A stretch of 64,000 bases of DNA from Bacteroidota bacterium. GTDB taxonomy: Bacteria > Bacteroidota > Ignavibacteria > UBA10030 > UBA8401. The notes below the pieces were generated by a model that saw only the letters and a program-made list of their open reading frames with translations, was not told where the DNA came from and did not search any database. Each line of letters begins with the position of its first letter. Position 1 is the stretch's first letter. Location of the stretch: the NCBI GenBank assembly GCA_021796275.1, contig JAJYOI010000003.1, positions 1,532 through 65,531 of the forward strand. Direction: 5' to 3'. Position numbers and translations under genes: made by a program. Shown in pieces: positions 40,806 to 50,538 of this stretch.

Positions 40806-42500
40806 ATGATGATTACCGTCTTCGCAGATATTCCGCAGCATACAGAGGCATCTCTTCACGCGGCAACGTACACTGTGCGAGGCAAGCTTCTTCGGACAAC
40901 TTCGGGACTCGAACCATACGCAGGACCGTGGAATGAATTGACCGCCGCGCATTTGCTCAGACGGACAATGTACGGTCCGAAACGAAGTGAAATCCTCTCC
41001 GCTGCATCAAGTTCGCTCGATACCGTACTCACTCAACTCTTCGCTCCGCCGCCAACTCATCCTATTCCTCCTGACCCGAATGTCCCGGGGCGTGACTGGA
41101 CTGTCGGTCCCTATTCCGATATCGTTCAGATCAACTATCAGTATGATTTCGCAATCAAAAAGTGGTGGGTCGGATTGATGCTCACGCAGGGAATTTCTGT
41201 TGTTGAAAAAATGACGCTCCTCCTGCACAACCATTTTGCATCGCAGGCAAGCATTGTAGGCGATGCGCGCTATATGTATAAACAAAATACTTTGTTCCGC
41301 CAATTTGCGCTCGGCAATCTCAAAGAGCTGACCAAAGCGGTGACAATTGACCCCGCAATGCTTGTGTATCTCAACGGATTCCTGAATAAAATTCCATCGC
41401 CGGATGAAAACTACGCCCGTGAACTGCAGGAGTTATTTACCATCGGAAAGGGACCGGAGATTGCCGATGGAAATTATACGAACTACACTGAACAGGATGT
41501 GAAAGCGGCTGCCCGCGTGTTGACCGGCTGGACAGTGCATCATACGACAAACCCGCCGGCTTCAGTATTCGTTCAGAAAAACCACGACAGCGGAAGCAAG
41601 CAATTTTCGTCGGCGTATCAAAATACCGTTATCAAGCCGACACTGAATCCCGACGGGACAATGAACGGCAGCAAAGAAATCAGCGACCTTATTGAAATGA
41701 TTTTCCTCCAGCCTGCAACTGCCCGGTGCTTTTGCAGAAAGCTCTATCGCTGGTTTGTCTATTACGATATTGATGATACGGTCGAACAAAATGTTATTGT
41801 GCCGCTTGCCGATATCATGATGAAGAATAATTTTGAGGTCAAGCCTGTGCTTGACACCCTTTTCCGCAGCGCTCATTTTTTTGATCCGAACAACATCGGC
41901 TGTGTCATTAAAAATCCTGTGGAATTTGCAGTCGGCACAGCGCGCCGGCTCAATCTTCCGCTGCCCGGCTCCGCCGATCCGGAATTTGTGAAGGTAACGG
42001 ACGCGCTGAGGGATACAGCGTGGAGTTTGCAAATGGATCTTCTTGAGCCGCCGAATGTGGCAGGCTGGCCTGCATACCATCAAGCGCCCGATTATCATGA
42101 AATATGGATCAGTACTACTGCGCTTCCGACACGCGGAAAATTCACCGACACCGTTCTGAACGGAATTCATCCGCAGGGAAGCACTACCACCTACAAAATT
42201 GATCCGGTTGCGTACGCCGCAGCCATGAGCAATCCGTCCGACCCGTTCAAGCTTGTTGACGAGATAACGTCGGACCTTTTGCCGCCAATCGAAGGAGGCG
42301 CGGCAATCACGCCGGAACAAAAAAATTATTTACTGTACAATGTTATGGGCTTGGTACAAAACGATGAATATGAATGGACCGCGAACTGGAACAATGCGCA
42401 GAAAAACCCGCCGGATAGTACGGCTTTGACGACTGTGACGAAGACGCTCAAGTCGCTTCTCCGATTCGTGATGCGAATGGCAGAATTTCAATTGACATAG
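40806..42500 (+). CDS. DUF1800-family protein
   Basis: 564 aa. Composition and length typical of DUF1800. Immediately followed by its usual DUF1501 partner. Confidence 0.6.
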   Translation: MMITVFADIPQHTEASLHAATYTVRGKLLRTTSGLEPYAGPWNELTAAHLLRRTMYGPKRSEILSAASSSLDTVLTQLFAPPPTHPIPPDPNVPGRDWTVGPYSDIVQINYQYDFAIKKWWVGLMLTQGISVVEKMTLLLHNHFASQASIVGDARYMYKQNTLFRQFALGNLKELTKAVTIDPAMLVYLNGFLNKIPSPDENYARELQELFTIGKGPEIADGNYTNYTEQDVKAAARVLTGWTVHHTTNPPASVFVQKNHDSGSKQFSSAYQNTVIKPTLNPDGTMNGSKEISDLIEMIFLQPATARCFCRKLYRWFVYYDIDDTVEQNVIVPLADIMMKNNFEVKPVLDTLFRSAHFFDPNNIGCVIKNPVEFAVGTARRLNLPLPGSADPEFVKVTDALRDTAWSLQMDLLEPPNVAGWPAYHQAPDYHEIWISTTALPTRGKFTDTVLNGIHPQGSTTTYKIDPVAYAAAMSNPSDPFKLVDEITSDLLPPIEGGAAITPEQKNYLLYNVMGLVQNDEYEWTANWNNAQKNPPDSTALTTVTKTLKSLLRFVMRMAEFQLT

Positions 42501-42507
42501 AGTAAAA

Positions 42508-44112
42508 ATGAACAGAAGAGAATTTATCCGACGGGCAATTCCTGTAACGGCGCTGCCATTCGTGCTGAACGGATTTCCGCTTCGCGCGTACGGCCGCTCT
42601 CCTTTGCTCGACGCAATAACCAAAGCCGCGGTCACGACTGACCGCGTGCTCGTGCTTGTTCAACTCGGCGGAGGCAACGACGGCATTAATACCGTCATCG
42701 CGCGCGATCAATATCACGCATATATGAATGCGCGTCAAAATATTGCTCTTCCTGAATTATCAATTCTTCCTCTGACATCCGAGACGGGTTTGCATCCCGC
42801 CATGACCGGCATGCGTTCGCTCTACGAGGATGGAAAGCTCGCCATTGTGCAGGGCGTAACATATCCGAACCCCGATCTCTCCCACTTCCGCGCAACAGAT
42901 ATTTGGCTGACGGCAGCGGACTACAACGAAACTCTTTCGGACGGCTGGCTCGGCAGATATTTGCAGCAGGAATTTCCCGGCTATCCTGTCGGTTACCCGA
43001 ACGAGGTAACTCCCGATCCGCTTGCAATTCAAATCGGCGCCGATGTCTCGCTCGCGCTGAAAAGCTCTTCGGGTCCAATGGCGATCTCGCTCTACGATCC
43101 GGATTCATTCTATCAATTGATACAAAACGGAAACAACGGCGGTGTAGCGCAATCTCCGAAAACACCGGCGGGACATGAGCTGTCGTTCATTCAGGAAATA
43201 GCAACACAGTCGCAGGACTATGCCGCTCAAGTGAAAACTGCGGCAGATAAAATCAGCAGTGCAACCCGCTCGGCAATGTATCCCGGTCCCGGAAAAAATT
43301 ATCTTGCCGATCAATTGAAGATTGTTGCTACGCTTATCGCCGGCGGATTGAAAACTCGCTTGTACATCGTGAACCTGTACGGCTTCGACACGCATTCTTC
43401 ACAAGTGGACGGAGGCGATTCGAAAAACGGTGAACATGCGGCGCTGCTGGAAAAACTTTCAACGGCAATTTCTGCATTTCAGGACGATCTGAATACTTTA
43501 GGAATCGGCGATCGCGTACTCGGAATGACATTTTCAGAATTCGGCAGGCGCGTTTATTCCAATTCAAGCCTCGGAACCGATCACGGCACCGCCGCGCCGA
43601 TGTTTCTGTTTGGCAACGGTGTGAAGCCCGGCATCATCGGTGCGAACCCCGATCTTACCGATCTTGTGGATGGAAATTTGAAAATGCAATTCGACTTTCG
43701 CTCTGTCTATACGTCTGTGCTTCAGCAGTGGTTTGCTACAGGAACAGCGGAGTTGAATGCAACACTGCTACAGACGTTCCCTGCCATTCCGGTCGTTCGC
43801 AAATCGTACTACATTGATGAAAACGGCAACCGCTTGTATTCTTCCACGTGCCGTTTATACAACAACTATCCCAATCCTTTCAACCCTTCAACGACTATCG
43901 CGTACGATCTCCCCGATGACGGCACCGTGCTGTTGGAAGTGTTTGACATTACGGGAAGAAAAATAGCAACGCTTGTTAATGGTTTCCAGCCGGCGGGAAG
44001 TTACAAAGTGACATTCACAGCATCGAACAGACTTGCCAGCGGCGTGTATATTTGTCAATTGCGGTGGGGCGAGACACTTGCGATTCGGAATAAAATGCTG
44101 CTGCTGAAATAA
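42508..44112 (+). CDS. DUF1501-family protein with Tat signal peptide and T9SS C-terminal sorting domain
   Basis: MNRREFIRRAIPVTALPF (RRxFI Tat motif). Sulfatase-like DUF1501 core. C-terminal NYPNPFNPSTTIAYDLPDDGTVLLEVFDITGRKIATLV…LLLK type-A T9SS CTD. Confidence 0.7.
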   Translation: MNRREFIRRAIPVTALPFVLNGFPLRAYGRSPLLDAITKAAVTTDRVLVLVQLGGGNDGINTVIARDQYHAYMNARQNIALPELSILPLTSETGLHPAMTGMRSLYEDGKLAIVQGVTYPNPDLSHFRATDIWLTAADYNETLSDGWLGRYLQQEFPGYPVGYPNEVTPDPLAIQIGADVSLALKSSSGPMAISLYDPDSFYQLIQNGNNGGVAQSPKTPAGHELSFIQEIATQSQDYAAQVKTAADKISSATRSAMYPGPGKNYLADQLKIVATLIAGGLKTRLYIVNLYGFDTHSSQVDGGDSKNGEHAALLEKLSTAISAFQDDLNTLGIGDRVLGMTFSEFGRRVYSNSSLGTDHGTAAPMFLFGNGVKPGIIGANPDLTDLVDGNLKMQFDFRSVYTSVLQQWFATGTAELNATLLQTFPAIPVVRKSYYIDENGNRLYSSTCRLYNNYPNPFNPSTTIAYDLPDDGTVLLEVFDITGRKIATLVNGFQPAGSYKVTFTASNRLASGVYICQLRWGETLAIRNKMLLLK

Positions 44113-44224
44113 AAAACCCAGGCTCTTGCAAAAGTTTCAACCAAAGGCGGACAAGTAGAACCGTTCGCAAGGTTCACAAATTTAAAATCCGCTGTCGGGC
44201 GTGCTGTGCGTTGTGCCGTTCATC

Positions 44225-44971
44225 TTACTCTCTCGCCAATTGAAAGAGCCGGCGGGCGATAAGAATGTACCACACCATTGTTGAAACTCCTCCGAGCATA
44301 GCGATGATCAGTGCCGCATTTGATAACGACAGCAGAAATGAAGCGCACGCATCAAATAGCAGAAGCAAGCCGCAGCCGGCAATGCCGAAGTACGCCGCGG
44401 GTTTGCTGAAAATTTTGCCCGTCAGCATTACCACCGACATCAGGATGGCGCCGGTTTCCATGAAAAAAAATCCCAGAAATGTACCGGGCGTGTGGCTTCT
44501 GCCTGCCGCAAGCATCGCTTGCCCCGCTGCCGCTATGATTGTTCTCTGCTCGCCGGTTGAAGCGGACGCATACTGGCTGCTGAGATCAAGCATCGCAAAC
44601 GCGCGATTGGTCGCGTAAAAAACTGCAATGCCAATGAAGGTGAGAATCAATGCCAATGCCGCAAAGGGGCGCGCAACCATTCGATGCGCTGCGTAGATTG
44701 CAAACAACATCGGAATCTCGAACGTGGTCATAACAATGTTCAACAAGCCAAGGTTGCGGAGCGCGAGAAATGAATTGCGTTGAAACAGCGTGAACCACTC
44801 ATTGACAGATTCCGCCGAAGCATATCCTCCCGGAAGAAACGTGATGAGAATTTCTGTCAGCGAGGTGAGCAGTATCAGCACAGCCGCTGCGCCGCCAACC
44901 TTATAGAGATTCTTCCAACCGGAATCGGCAGCGGCTGCATCAGCAGATTGATTTTGTTCGGATTGAGACAT
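44225..44971 (-). CDS. Hypothetical polytopic membrane protein
   Basis: 248 aa, about 6 TM helices. Confidence 0.3.
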   Translation of the reverse strand: MSQSEQNQSADAAAADSGWKNLYKVGGAAAVLILLTSLTEILITFLPGGYASAESVNEWFTLFQRNSFLALRNLGLLNIVMTTFEIPMLFAIYAAHRMVARPFAALALILTFIGIAVFYATNRAFAMLDLSSQYASASTGEQRTIIAAAGQAMLAAGRSHTPGTFLGFFFMETGAILMSVVMLTGKIFSKPAAYFGIAGCGLLLLFDACASFLLSLSNAALIIAMLGGVSTMVWYILIARRLFQLARE

Positions 44972-45309
44972 TTGATTCTTCTCCTGTAAATAGATTTATG
45001 CATGAGATAATATTAGAGACTTCTGAAAAATGACAACCAGGCTGTGGTGAGCGAAGTCGAACCACGATTTCATCACAATTTCCGCACTTTGACTTCACTC
45101 AGTGCGACTTTCTTGAATTGCAAAACGATTTTTCAGAAATCTCTACTACTAAGTCATGTTACGCAGCGAAAAAATCTGCCTAAAAAAGTAAGTTCGTCAT
45201 GGTACGCTTTAGCGTACCATCCATACTTGGATTCCTCCCGACTTTGTCGGGACGGGAATGACATTATTCTGATTTTGATTTTCAAGGCAGTCATTTTGCG
45301 TACCATGAG

Positions 45310-45597
45310 TTACTGAATTTGCCCGATGCGGCTCAGCGTGATGGTACGTCCCCACTGCTGAGTTGTGATTCGGTCAGTAATAATTCCTTCGAAGTAAACG
45401 CGGAGACTATCTTTCCGGAATTCCGTACTGAGATTCTCCGGAAGATAGTGATCGCCTTTATCAGTTATGATTCCGTAGAATCCTCCTTCGAACGACATAT
45501 ATGCGACTCTGCCGGTCGCGGAGACTCGTTGGCTATCGTCAGTGCAACTGATAGCCACAAAAACCAGTAAACTTAGTACCATCACGATGAGCTTCAT
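45310..45597 (-). CDS. Hypothetical small secreted protein
   Basis: 95 aa with signal peptide. Confidence 0.3.
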   Translation of the reverse strand: MKLIVMVLSLLVFVAISCTDDSQRVSATGRVAYMSFEGGFYGIITDKGDHYLPENLSTEFRKDSLRVYFEGIITDRITTQQWGRTITLSRIGQIQ

Positions 45598-45699
45598 TGT
45601 TGACTCCTTTCAGACATGGTCTGATCAGCCTTTGGCTGAGTTGACGCTTTCACATCAACGACTTTTGAATACGCTGTGTACCGCTTAGCATACGCGTAC

Positions 45700-46653
45700 T
45701 CACACCCGCCGCATGTTATCCTTGAATCGTATCGTCTGCGCAATGCCTTCCGGGTATGATATCGGAACGTAGTGAAAGTGCTCGTTGAACTTTGTCGAAT
45801 CAAAATAATAATCGAACTCGCTCTGATAAAGCATCTCGTACGATTCCCGCACAGTTCTGTCGCTCACTCCGGCTAACCTCAGCATCCATTTCTTAAGAAC
45901 CATGCTTCGGGGTGCAACACCAAGCTCCTTCGCGGCAATTTCAATAAATGTTCTTCCGTTGATCGGCGGATTGGATGTGGGAAGATGCCATACCTGATTG
46001 AAAGCCGCCGCATCATCGGCAAGCAAGTGCAAGCCGCGTGCACAGTCGAGTGTGTAGCTGTACGAATGTCCGGCGTCAGGGTTCACAAGCCAGTACGCCT
46101 TTTGTCCGCGGCGGAGCCTGTCGATAACCAGCAGTTGTGGAACGCTAGTCTTCGTTGCGTACGGCCCGTAGAAATCCGCGGCGCGGGCGATAATTGCCTG
46201 CACGTTCCCCCGTTTCATTTCTCCCTGAAGCTGTTCCGCTATCGTTACGCGCACCTCCCCTTTTCTGCTGCACGGAGCGTACGGCGTTACTTCTGTCATC
46301 TTGCCGGATACTTTGCCGTAGGAATAGACGTTATCCAGAAAAATAAGTCTCGCATTGCTTGCGGTGCACGCTTCGATTGTGTTGGACATGATCTTAGGCC
46401 AGAGTCCCCGCCACACTTTTGTATCGTACGCGAGTCCCGCGCACAGGAAGACCACGGCGGAGCCTTTGACTCCTTCCATCGTATCATGAAGCGACGTAAG
46501 GTCGCCTTTAACCGACTCGGTTCCGCTCCACGAAAAAGCACTTCGCGAAACAAGCCGTACCGTCTTCTTGTTGGCAAGAAGTGTTGACGTTAATGCGTTT
46601 CCGACAGAACCGCCTGCGCCAAGTATTGTATAGAGATGATTGTTGTTTTTCAT
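45700..46653 (-). CDS. NAD-dependent epimerase/dehydratase (atypical SDR) family protein
   Basis: N-terminal Rossmann ILGAGGSVGNALTSTLL. 317 aa. Confidence 0.7.
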   Translation of the reverse strand: MKNNNHLYTILGAGGSVGNALTSTLLANKKTVRLVSRSAFSWSGTESVKGDLTSLHDTMEGVKGSAVVFLCAGLAYDTKVWRGLWPKIMSNTIEACTASNARLIFLDNVYSYGKVSGKMTEVTPYAPCSRKGEVRVTIAEQLQGEMKRGNVQAIIARAADFYGPYATKTSVPQLLVIDRLRRGQKAYWLVNPDAGHSYSYTLDCARGLHLLADDAAAFNQVWHLPTSNPPINGRTFIEIAAKELGVAPRSMVLKKWMLRLAGVSDRTVRESYEMLYQSEFDYYFDSTKFNEHFHYVPISYPEGIAQTIRFKDNMRRV

Positions 46654-46745
46654 GTAATCAATTCTCCGGAAAAGTATGAAGCCTCAGTGTGCCGCCATTG
46701 CATAGAATGTTTCGGCAACACGCAGCGCCGCACTCCATATGTTTT

Positions 46746-46813
46746 TATGACGGCGTCATTGAGCGAGCACGTCGTTTATAAAATGTCGAGCGTCGTGATG
46801 CGGCATGTAAGCC
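46746..46813. repeat. 68-bp repeat element, copy A
   Basis: About 80% identical to 47566..47633. Shares ATGACGGCG, GAGCGAGCAC and CGAGCGTCGTGATGCGGC blocks. Confidence 0.7.
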
Positions 46814-47493
46814 GCCGCGCTCTGACCGTTTGCTGGTGGCTCAAATAAGGAATCCGAGAAGGGGACATTGACTTCCAGAACTCGGTATTGAGTAACTGTG
46901 GTCTGCGTAACGTCGTAGTGGACTGTGCCACCACCCCTCTGAATCGGAAGTCGATGGTCAACCCAGACCCACTCTCTATATCCGCCGCTATCGCCAAAAA
47001 CATTACAAACTTTACCAAGTATTACCTCTGTTTTCAGAAATGGCGGCGACTGTGTAAACCAACTGCCTAAGTAAGCTTGAACATCTTGATTGTAGGCGGT
47101 ATCCAAATTTGGCAGCTGAGGGTATGTTAGATGACCTTCATAGTCATTCCATGCGATGCCCTTCTTCAAGTCATAGACTGTTATGTTGGAAGGATACTGC
47201 ATAAACTTTTCATGAGTCGAATCAAAGTAGACTTCAAAGATCGGCGCAAATGAACTATCAGATTGACCATTGACAACCACGGAATCATATACGACAAAAT
47301 GAATTGAAGTGATGCCCTCGGCAGCAAATATTTCATGGGCGGATAAATCGCGTGACGGAGCGGGCATTGGAAAATTATCTGGACCTGTCGGACTATTACA
47401 AGAGGAAAAGGCGAACAAAGAGATTCCCAAACTCAGAACCGAGATGATCAATCTAGTTTTCATGTTCCATTCTTCCGTAAACGAGTAAAACAT
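46756..47493 (-). CDS. Hypothetical lipoprotein
   Basis: 245 aa. Signal peptide with lipobox FSSC. The C-terminal ~19 codons lie inside the 68-bp repeat. Confidence 0.3.
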   Translation of the reverse strand: MFYSFTEEWNMKTRLIISVLSLGISLFAFSSCNSPTGPDNFPMPAPSRDLSAHEIFAAEGITSIHFVVYDSVVVNGQSDSSFAPIFEVYFDSTHEKFMQYPSNITVYDLKKGIAWNDYEGHLTYPQLPNLDTAYNQDVQAYLGSWFTQSPPFLKTEVILGKVCNVFGDSGGYREWVWVDHRLPIQRGGGTVHYDVTQTTVTQYRVLEVNVPFSDSLFEPPANGQSAAAYMPHHDARHFINDVLAQ

Positions 47494-47565
47494 TCAAATG
47501 CTCCAGGACAATTGCAACTAACGTCCTGCCGCATCACGCCGTGCCGCCGTTCCATGATATATAAA

Positions 47566-47633
47566 ATGACGGCGGCATGGAGCGAGCACAATGAATATGA
47601 AATGCCGAGCGTCGTGATGCGGCGTGTTAGGCG
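47566..47633. repeat. 68-bp repeat element, copy B (just 3' of the BNR/T9SS gene)
   Basis: See copy A. The upstream GCCGCATCACGCCG (47528..47541) is inverted relative to CGTCGTGATGCGGC inside the element. Confidence 0.7.
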
Positions 47634-47644
47634 AAGTTGCTTTT

Positions 47645-49561
47645 TCACTTTAGCAAAGTCAGCTTCTTAGTTTGGATCTGGCTGCCGGCTTGAATTCTAT
47701 AGAAGTAAACTCCACTCGGAAAGTTGCTCCCATCGAAAGTAACAGAGTGCCCGCCGGCATTTTGCTTTTCGTTGACGAGCGATTTAACTTCTCTTCCGAG
47801 GACATCATAGATCTTCAGCGAGACGAAACTGTTCGTAGGTAATTGATAACTTAATGTGGTCGTTGGGTTGAAGGGGTTGGGGTAGTTCTGCCCGAGTTGA
47901 AATTCGATTGGCTTTCCCTTAGGCTGCTTAATTCCAACGGGCGCGAGGCCGATACCTGAAGCTCCTACTGAATCAGGCGATTCAGCCGAGTTGCTGACGA
48001 TGGTAATCATAGCCTGCTTAGAATATACATCAGGTGTAGCGGGGGTGAATCTGATCACCAACGAATCGCTTCTACGGGGAAGCACCAGAGATGGTATCTG
48101 CACAACTGAGAATTGCGGATCGGTGGATGAAACCGATATTATTCTCAGTGTATCAAATCCGACATTTTCCAGTAGCAACGAGGTGTCTTTGCATTCCCCG
48201 GTTAAAACGTTGCCGCATAAAACTCCGGATTCCTGTAGCTTGAGGAACGGGACCTTTGAATAAAGCAGGACCGGGATCGAGTCGGGGCTCAAGTAAGAAT
48301 TCGATGTGAAAACAATATTACCTGAATATTTGCCGGCTGAAGTCGCCATAGTGCTGACCTGGAAGCAGCCGGTATCTCCGGGTGAGATCGTTGCACTAGA
48401 TGGCGTAATATTAAATGCAGGGTTGGTTGAATTCACCTTTGAGATAAGCAGCGTATCGACCCCTCTATTTCTTATCACGATGGTATCGCGCACAGGGGAA
48501 GAAGTAATGTCACTGACGATCCTTACGATTCGTTGATTGATGCCAAACATAGTGGTCGATTGCCGGGTCTTAAAAATGCCATGTTCAAATGTTCCTGCTA
48601 GCAAATCACCGGCTTTGTTTGTTGCGAAACAAAGGACCTCGATGCCTTCAAGACCGGAATTGAGCTGGATCCATGATGCTGCATTGTGAAGCGAGAGATA
48701 AACTCCATCTGCGGTCGCCGCAAACAAATGCCCGATGGAATTTTCCTTTAAGTCAGACATGTAAACCTCAGGTAATCCACTGTCTGACCAATACCAAAAG
48801 GCTCCGAGATCGTTTGACTTCATCACACCACCATCCGTGCCGAGATAAATAACATTATCAGCTCCAATTGCAATCGCTCGCGTGGTATAAAGCCATGGAG
48901 ACCTCCCTACAAACGTGACATGACACCAACTCGTGCCGTCATCCGTTGAGCGGAATATTTCGCATCCACCTCCACTAGCATAAATATCGCCTATCGAGTT
49001 AAATGTCATGGCATACACTTGAGTCTCGTCAAAGAACACAGTGCTCCAAATGGTTCCACCATCCGTTGACCGCGATATTCCACCGACCCCGCCGGCAAAG
49101 ACCTGACCCTCCGAATTTGCAACGATTGTCCTGACATAAGTTACATCGCTTCCGATATTTAATTTATTCCACGTGAGGCCGTCGTCGGTTGATTTATAAA
49201 CCTGACCGTGGAGAGAAGCAAAGAGATTTCCATGCGGGTCACAGGCAATCGAAGAGGTAATGGTAAGTTCTCCGGCGTTGCCGTTGCCACCGTTTGTTAT
49301 CCAAGCCCATGTTTCGCCATTATCGGATGAACGGTAAATACCCGAATCTGCAGTCCCCGCGAACATAGTGCCCAAGGAATCGACCAAGACGCACCAAACG
49401 CTTGCTTTGTAGGGAAAAGGTACCGATTGCCAAAAAGGATTGTCAGAATTTGTAGTTTGCGATGCAAACGACGGAATCGAAGTCGCCAGTGCCAGGAGAG
49501 CGACAAGTACAAGATACAATCGGCTTTCCATCTTGACAATGATCTCACCGCGGGTTCCCAT
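47645..49561 (-). CDS. Secreted BNR/Asp-box repeat (beta-propeller) protein with T9SS C-terminal domain
   Basis: Repeated SxDxGxTW motifs (SSDNGETWAW, STDDGLTWNK, STDGGTIWST, STDDGTSWCH). C-terminal LGQNYPNPFNPTTTLSYQLP…KLTLLK CTD. Confidence 0.65.
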   Translation of the reverse strand: MGTRGEIIVKMESRLYLVLVALLALATSIPSFASQTTNSDNPFWQSVPFPYKASVWCVLVDSLGTMFAGTADSGIYRSSDNGETWAWITNGGNGNAGELTITSSIACDPHGNLFASLHGQVYKSTDDGLTWNKLNIGSDVTYVRTIVANSEGQVFAGGVGGISRSTDGGTIWSTVFFDETQVYAMTFNSIGDIYASGGGCEIFRSTDDGTSWCHVTFVGRSPWLYTTRAIAIGADNVIYLGTDGGVMKSNDLGAFWYWSDSGLPEVYMSDLKENSIGHLFAATADGVYLSLHNAASWIQLNSGLEGIEVLCFATNKAGDLLAGTFEHGIFKTRQSTTMFGINQRIVRIVSDITSSPVRDTIVIRNRGVDTLLISKVNSTNPAFNITPSSATISPGDTGCFQVSTMATSAGKYSGNIVFTSNSYLSPDSIPVLLYSKVPFLKLQESGVLCGNVLTGECKDTSLLLENVGFDTLRIISVSSTDPQFSVVQIPSLVLPRRSDSLVIRFTPATPDVYSKQAMITIVSNSAESPDSVGASGIGLAPVGIKQPKGKPIEFQLGQNYPNPFNPTTTLSYQLPTNSFVSLKIYDVLGREVKSLVNEKQNAGGHSVTFDGSNFPSGVYFYRIQAGSQIQTKKLTLLK

Positions 49562-49657
49562 TCGTACCTCCTTTGAAAAAGCAATTTCGCCTAACTATTG
49601 TAATTATGAATTGCGTTTTTACAACAACATTCGTGTCAAAGACGAACCTTCGTTGCG

Positions 49658-49933
49658 TTATTGCTCACTTCCCCGAAGGGGTCCTTCGGACGTATGCAGT
49701 ACCTGCTCTATCGGGCTTCGTATTGCCGCAATAGTCCGTTTGCTTACATGTGTGTAAATCTCGGTCGTGCGCACGCTGCTGTGCCCTAACAATTCCTGTA
49801 TAAAACGAATATCTGTATTTATCTCACGGCATAAAGTTTTCGGAGAATAATTTCTCAGCCGCATCTCTGCGCCGAGCACCTCGAAAAGTCTGCCGTGTGT
49901 GTTGTGTGTGATTTGTCCTGTGTGTGCGGTCAT
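49658..49933 (-). pseudogene. C-terminal remnant of a tyrosine-type site-specific recombinase/integrase
   Basis: …[28 protein letters not shown]… equals the conserved box II/catalytic Tyr region of phage-type integrases. There is no N-terminal or core domain upstream. Confidence 0.55.
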
Positions 49934-50154
49934 CGTTGCTTTCTTTGAGCCAGCCTGTCCGCCATCTTTTTGACGGAAGGCTCATCAGCCTTTGGCTGAC
50001 GTCAGACTTTGCAATGATCCGTTTCCTCTACAACCCGAACCTGCCTGCGGCAGGCATGCGCCAATAGTGTATAAAAATTTCCCGCAACTGTCAAGCCTTG
50101 CCGGTAAAGTTTCTCGCTTACGCTGCGGCAAAAGTCCCTCTGCATACCGTCTGT

Positions 50155-50412
50155 CTGGCAGTGCAGGTCGTTTGTCCGGCGGTGCGGGTTTCTGTACTGG
50201 CGGTGCAGGTCTCTGTACCGGCGGCGCGAGCATCTGTACTGGTGGCGCGGGCTCTGTACTGGCGGTGCAGGTCTCTGTACCGGCGGGAGAGGTCTCTGTA
50301 CTGGCGGCGCGAGCATCTGTACTGGAGGCGCGAGCTCTGTACTGGCGGGAGAAGTCTCTGTACTGGCGGCGCGGGCATCTGTACTGAAGGCGCGGGTCTT
50401 TGTACCGCGGTG
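50155..50412. repeat. Array of about 12 tandem 20/21-bp direct repeats (consensus GGCGGYGCRGGYCTCTGTACY), iteron-like
   Basis: Read directly. Units alternate between 21 and 20 bp, so no reading frame is preserved across the array. Confidence 0.9.
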
Positions 50413-50538
50413 CAAATAGCTGAATTTCAGCCAAAAACGATAATTCCATTGGAAAATTGTCTGTTTTCGTCAGAAAACCACAGTTGGAGCGGTGCGGGTC
50501 AAGCCGCTCCTGTGTGGTTGTTTCTTTACAAAAGCCGC

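Noticed and set aside
50155-50412. Possible CRISPR array
   Set aside because: Repeats are directly adjacent with no unique spacers. The unit length (20-21 bp) is shorter than CRISPR repeats.
49985-50450. Pro-rich ORFs on both strands (PAPPVQR heptads) across the tandem repeats
   Set aside because: Units alternate between 21 and 20 bp, so no single frame survives the array. The apparent peptides are a by-product of the DNA repeat.
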